41,628 bases of DNA, taken from NCBI GenBank assembly GCA_018816485.1, contig JAHIVL010000073.1:1-41628 (forward strand), written 5' to 3'. The notes under the pieces are model-generated. The model saw only the letters and a program-made list of their open reading frames with translations, was not told where the DNA came from and did not search any database. A program made the position numbers and the translations under genes. Position 1 is the stretch's first letter; the number at the start of each line of letters is the position of its first letter. Source of the DNA: Patescibacteria group bacterium. Its GTDB lineage: Bacteria; Patescibacteriota; Microgenomatia; UBA1400; PJMF01. Shown here piece after piece: positions 40,907 to 41,628 of the stretch.

Positions 40907-41628
40907 ATGCAAGAACCAACAGAACAACATGGAGTAGAAGCATCCCAGATGCGAGAAGTTGAAGGCAAGCCTGCCAACAATGAATTTCTTATTAAAGGTT
41001 ATCTAACACATAAGTTTTCTTCAGATGAAGATGGCGTAGGAAAACAACACTCATTATTGAGAAGGGTTAAGGAGTTTAGCGTAGGTAGTGAATCTACAAA
41101 AAGTACGACAGAAATTGCCGATAATTTGATAGGTGATGAAGAGCAAGAGTTAGTTGTTGCACCAGATATGAATATAGACTTAGAAACTACAAAGCAAAAT
41201 TTTAAAGATACAATGATGCAAAGGATGAAAGATGTGCTTCGTGGACAAGAATCAAAAATAGAAAATGCTGATAAATTTATATCTCAACTTTCTGAATCAT
41301 TATTTAATTCTATTGGAGAACAAGGTCTAAACCTGGAAGAAGAACGTAACCTAGTAGAAAAAGGACTCCAACTTGCAACTATGGTTGTTGAGGCTATTAA
41401 TTACCAGGATTTAGCTGCAAATGCAGTTAGTCTTGGAGATCATGGTTGGTCTCACCTGACTCAAGATATGCATGATTCTATGGTAATAGCCGAAGGATTA
41501 AAAAGAGAAGATTTATCTGCCAAAGAGAAGCTGATGCTTACTCTTACAGCAGCTTTTCATGATATTGGCTATGCTAGCCCACAAGTTGCAGATCAACAAC
41601 AAAAAGATTCTAAAAATTATAGTTTAGA
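40907..41628 (+). CDS. 5' part of an HD-domain protein gene (runs off the window end; not in the ORF track)
   Basis: My own translation from ATG 40907 is open to the end of the window: MQEPTEQHGVEASQ...LGDHGWSHLTQDMHDS...LTLTAAFHDIGYASPQ. The H...HD spacing is typical of HD phosphohydrolases. TATAAT at 40866-40871 lies upstream. Confidence 0.55.
   Translation, partial: MQEPTEQHGVEASQMREVEGKPANNEFLIKGYLTHKFSSDEDGVGKQHSLLRRVKEFSVGSESTKSTTEIADNLIGDEEQELVVAPDMNIDLETTKQNFKDTMMQRMKDVLRGQESKIENADKFISQLSESLFNSIGEQGLNLEEERNLVEKGLQLATMVVEAINYQDLAANAVSLGDHGWSHLTQDMHDSMVIAEGLKREDLSAKEKLMLTLTAAFHDIGYASPQVADQQQKDSKNYSL

Noticed and set aside
1-41628. Alternative genetic code (UGA recoding, as in some candidate phyla).
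   Set aside because: TGA terminates well-defined genes precisely at ATGA coupling junctions (3272-3274, 4507-4509, 11236-11238). Family-typical protein lengths are obtained with the standard code.
1-41628. CRISPR arrays, transposases or integrases, diversity-generating retroelements, toxin-antitoxin pairs and known defence genes.
   Set aside because: Reading both strands, I saw no direct-repeat/spacer periodicity, no recombinase or reverse-transcriptase motifs, and no template/variable repeat pair matching the surface-protein gene. The only non-coding repeats are the two inverted repeats reported above.

Overview
AT-rich (about 30% G+C by eye), densely coding bacterial window. It uses the standard genetic code: TGA acts as a stop inside ATGA start/stop overlaps at 3271-3274, 4506-4509 and 11236-11239. 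I saw no rRNA, tRNA, tmRNA, CRISPR array, transposase, integrase or reverse transcriptase. Bases 1-25183 form a large mosaic surface-glycan or glycoconjugate island of about 25 genes in at least 8 short sub-operons on alternating strands. It encodes GT2 x3, a GT2::YdjC fusion, GT1/GT4 x2 plus one partial, GT26, and a small initiating phosphoglycosyl transferase. It also encodes two Wzy_C (O-antigen-ligase-like) proteins, two GT-C-like polytopic proteins, UDP-galactopyranose mutase, a plant-type GDP-mannose 3,5-epimerase and a GalE-like epimerase. Tailoring genes include a SAM methyltransferase, a PLP decarboxylase-like enzyme, a NodU/CmcH carbamoyltransferase with small membrane partners, and two SGNH hydrolases plus one truncated SGNH remnant. 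The minus-strand tail of the island runs without a strand switch into a 522-aa FN3/Ig-like surface protein and PilN/PilO-like type IV pilus assembly genes (25193-28633). This co-directional string is my best candidate for an undescribed system, possibly a glycosylated surface appendage or surface protein. Bases 28.8-41.6 kb are mostly housekeeping: murJ, rpsT with a Lys-rich repeat tail, lepA, a P-loop kinase, smpB, cmk, a class A PBP and a partial HD-domain gene. Interspersed is a conserved-looking membrane trio (bPH protein, small 2-TM protein, PP2C-like/beta-propeller transmembrane protein). There is also a perfect 23-bp inverted repeat directly upstream of smpB. The gene content and style (Lys-rich tails, many small membrane proteins, no LPS genes, peptidoglycan genes present) suggest a Patescibacteria/CPR-like organism, but this is inference only. 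All protein family calls come from motif recognition by eye, not from database searches.
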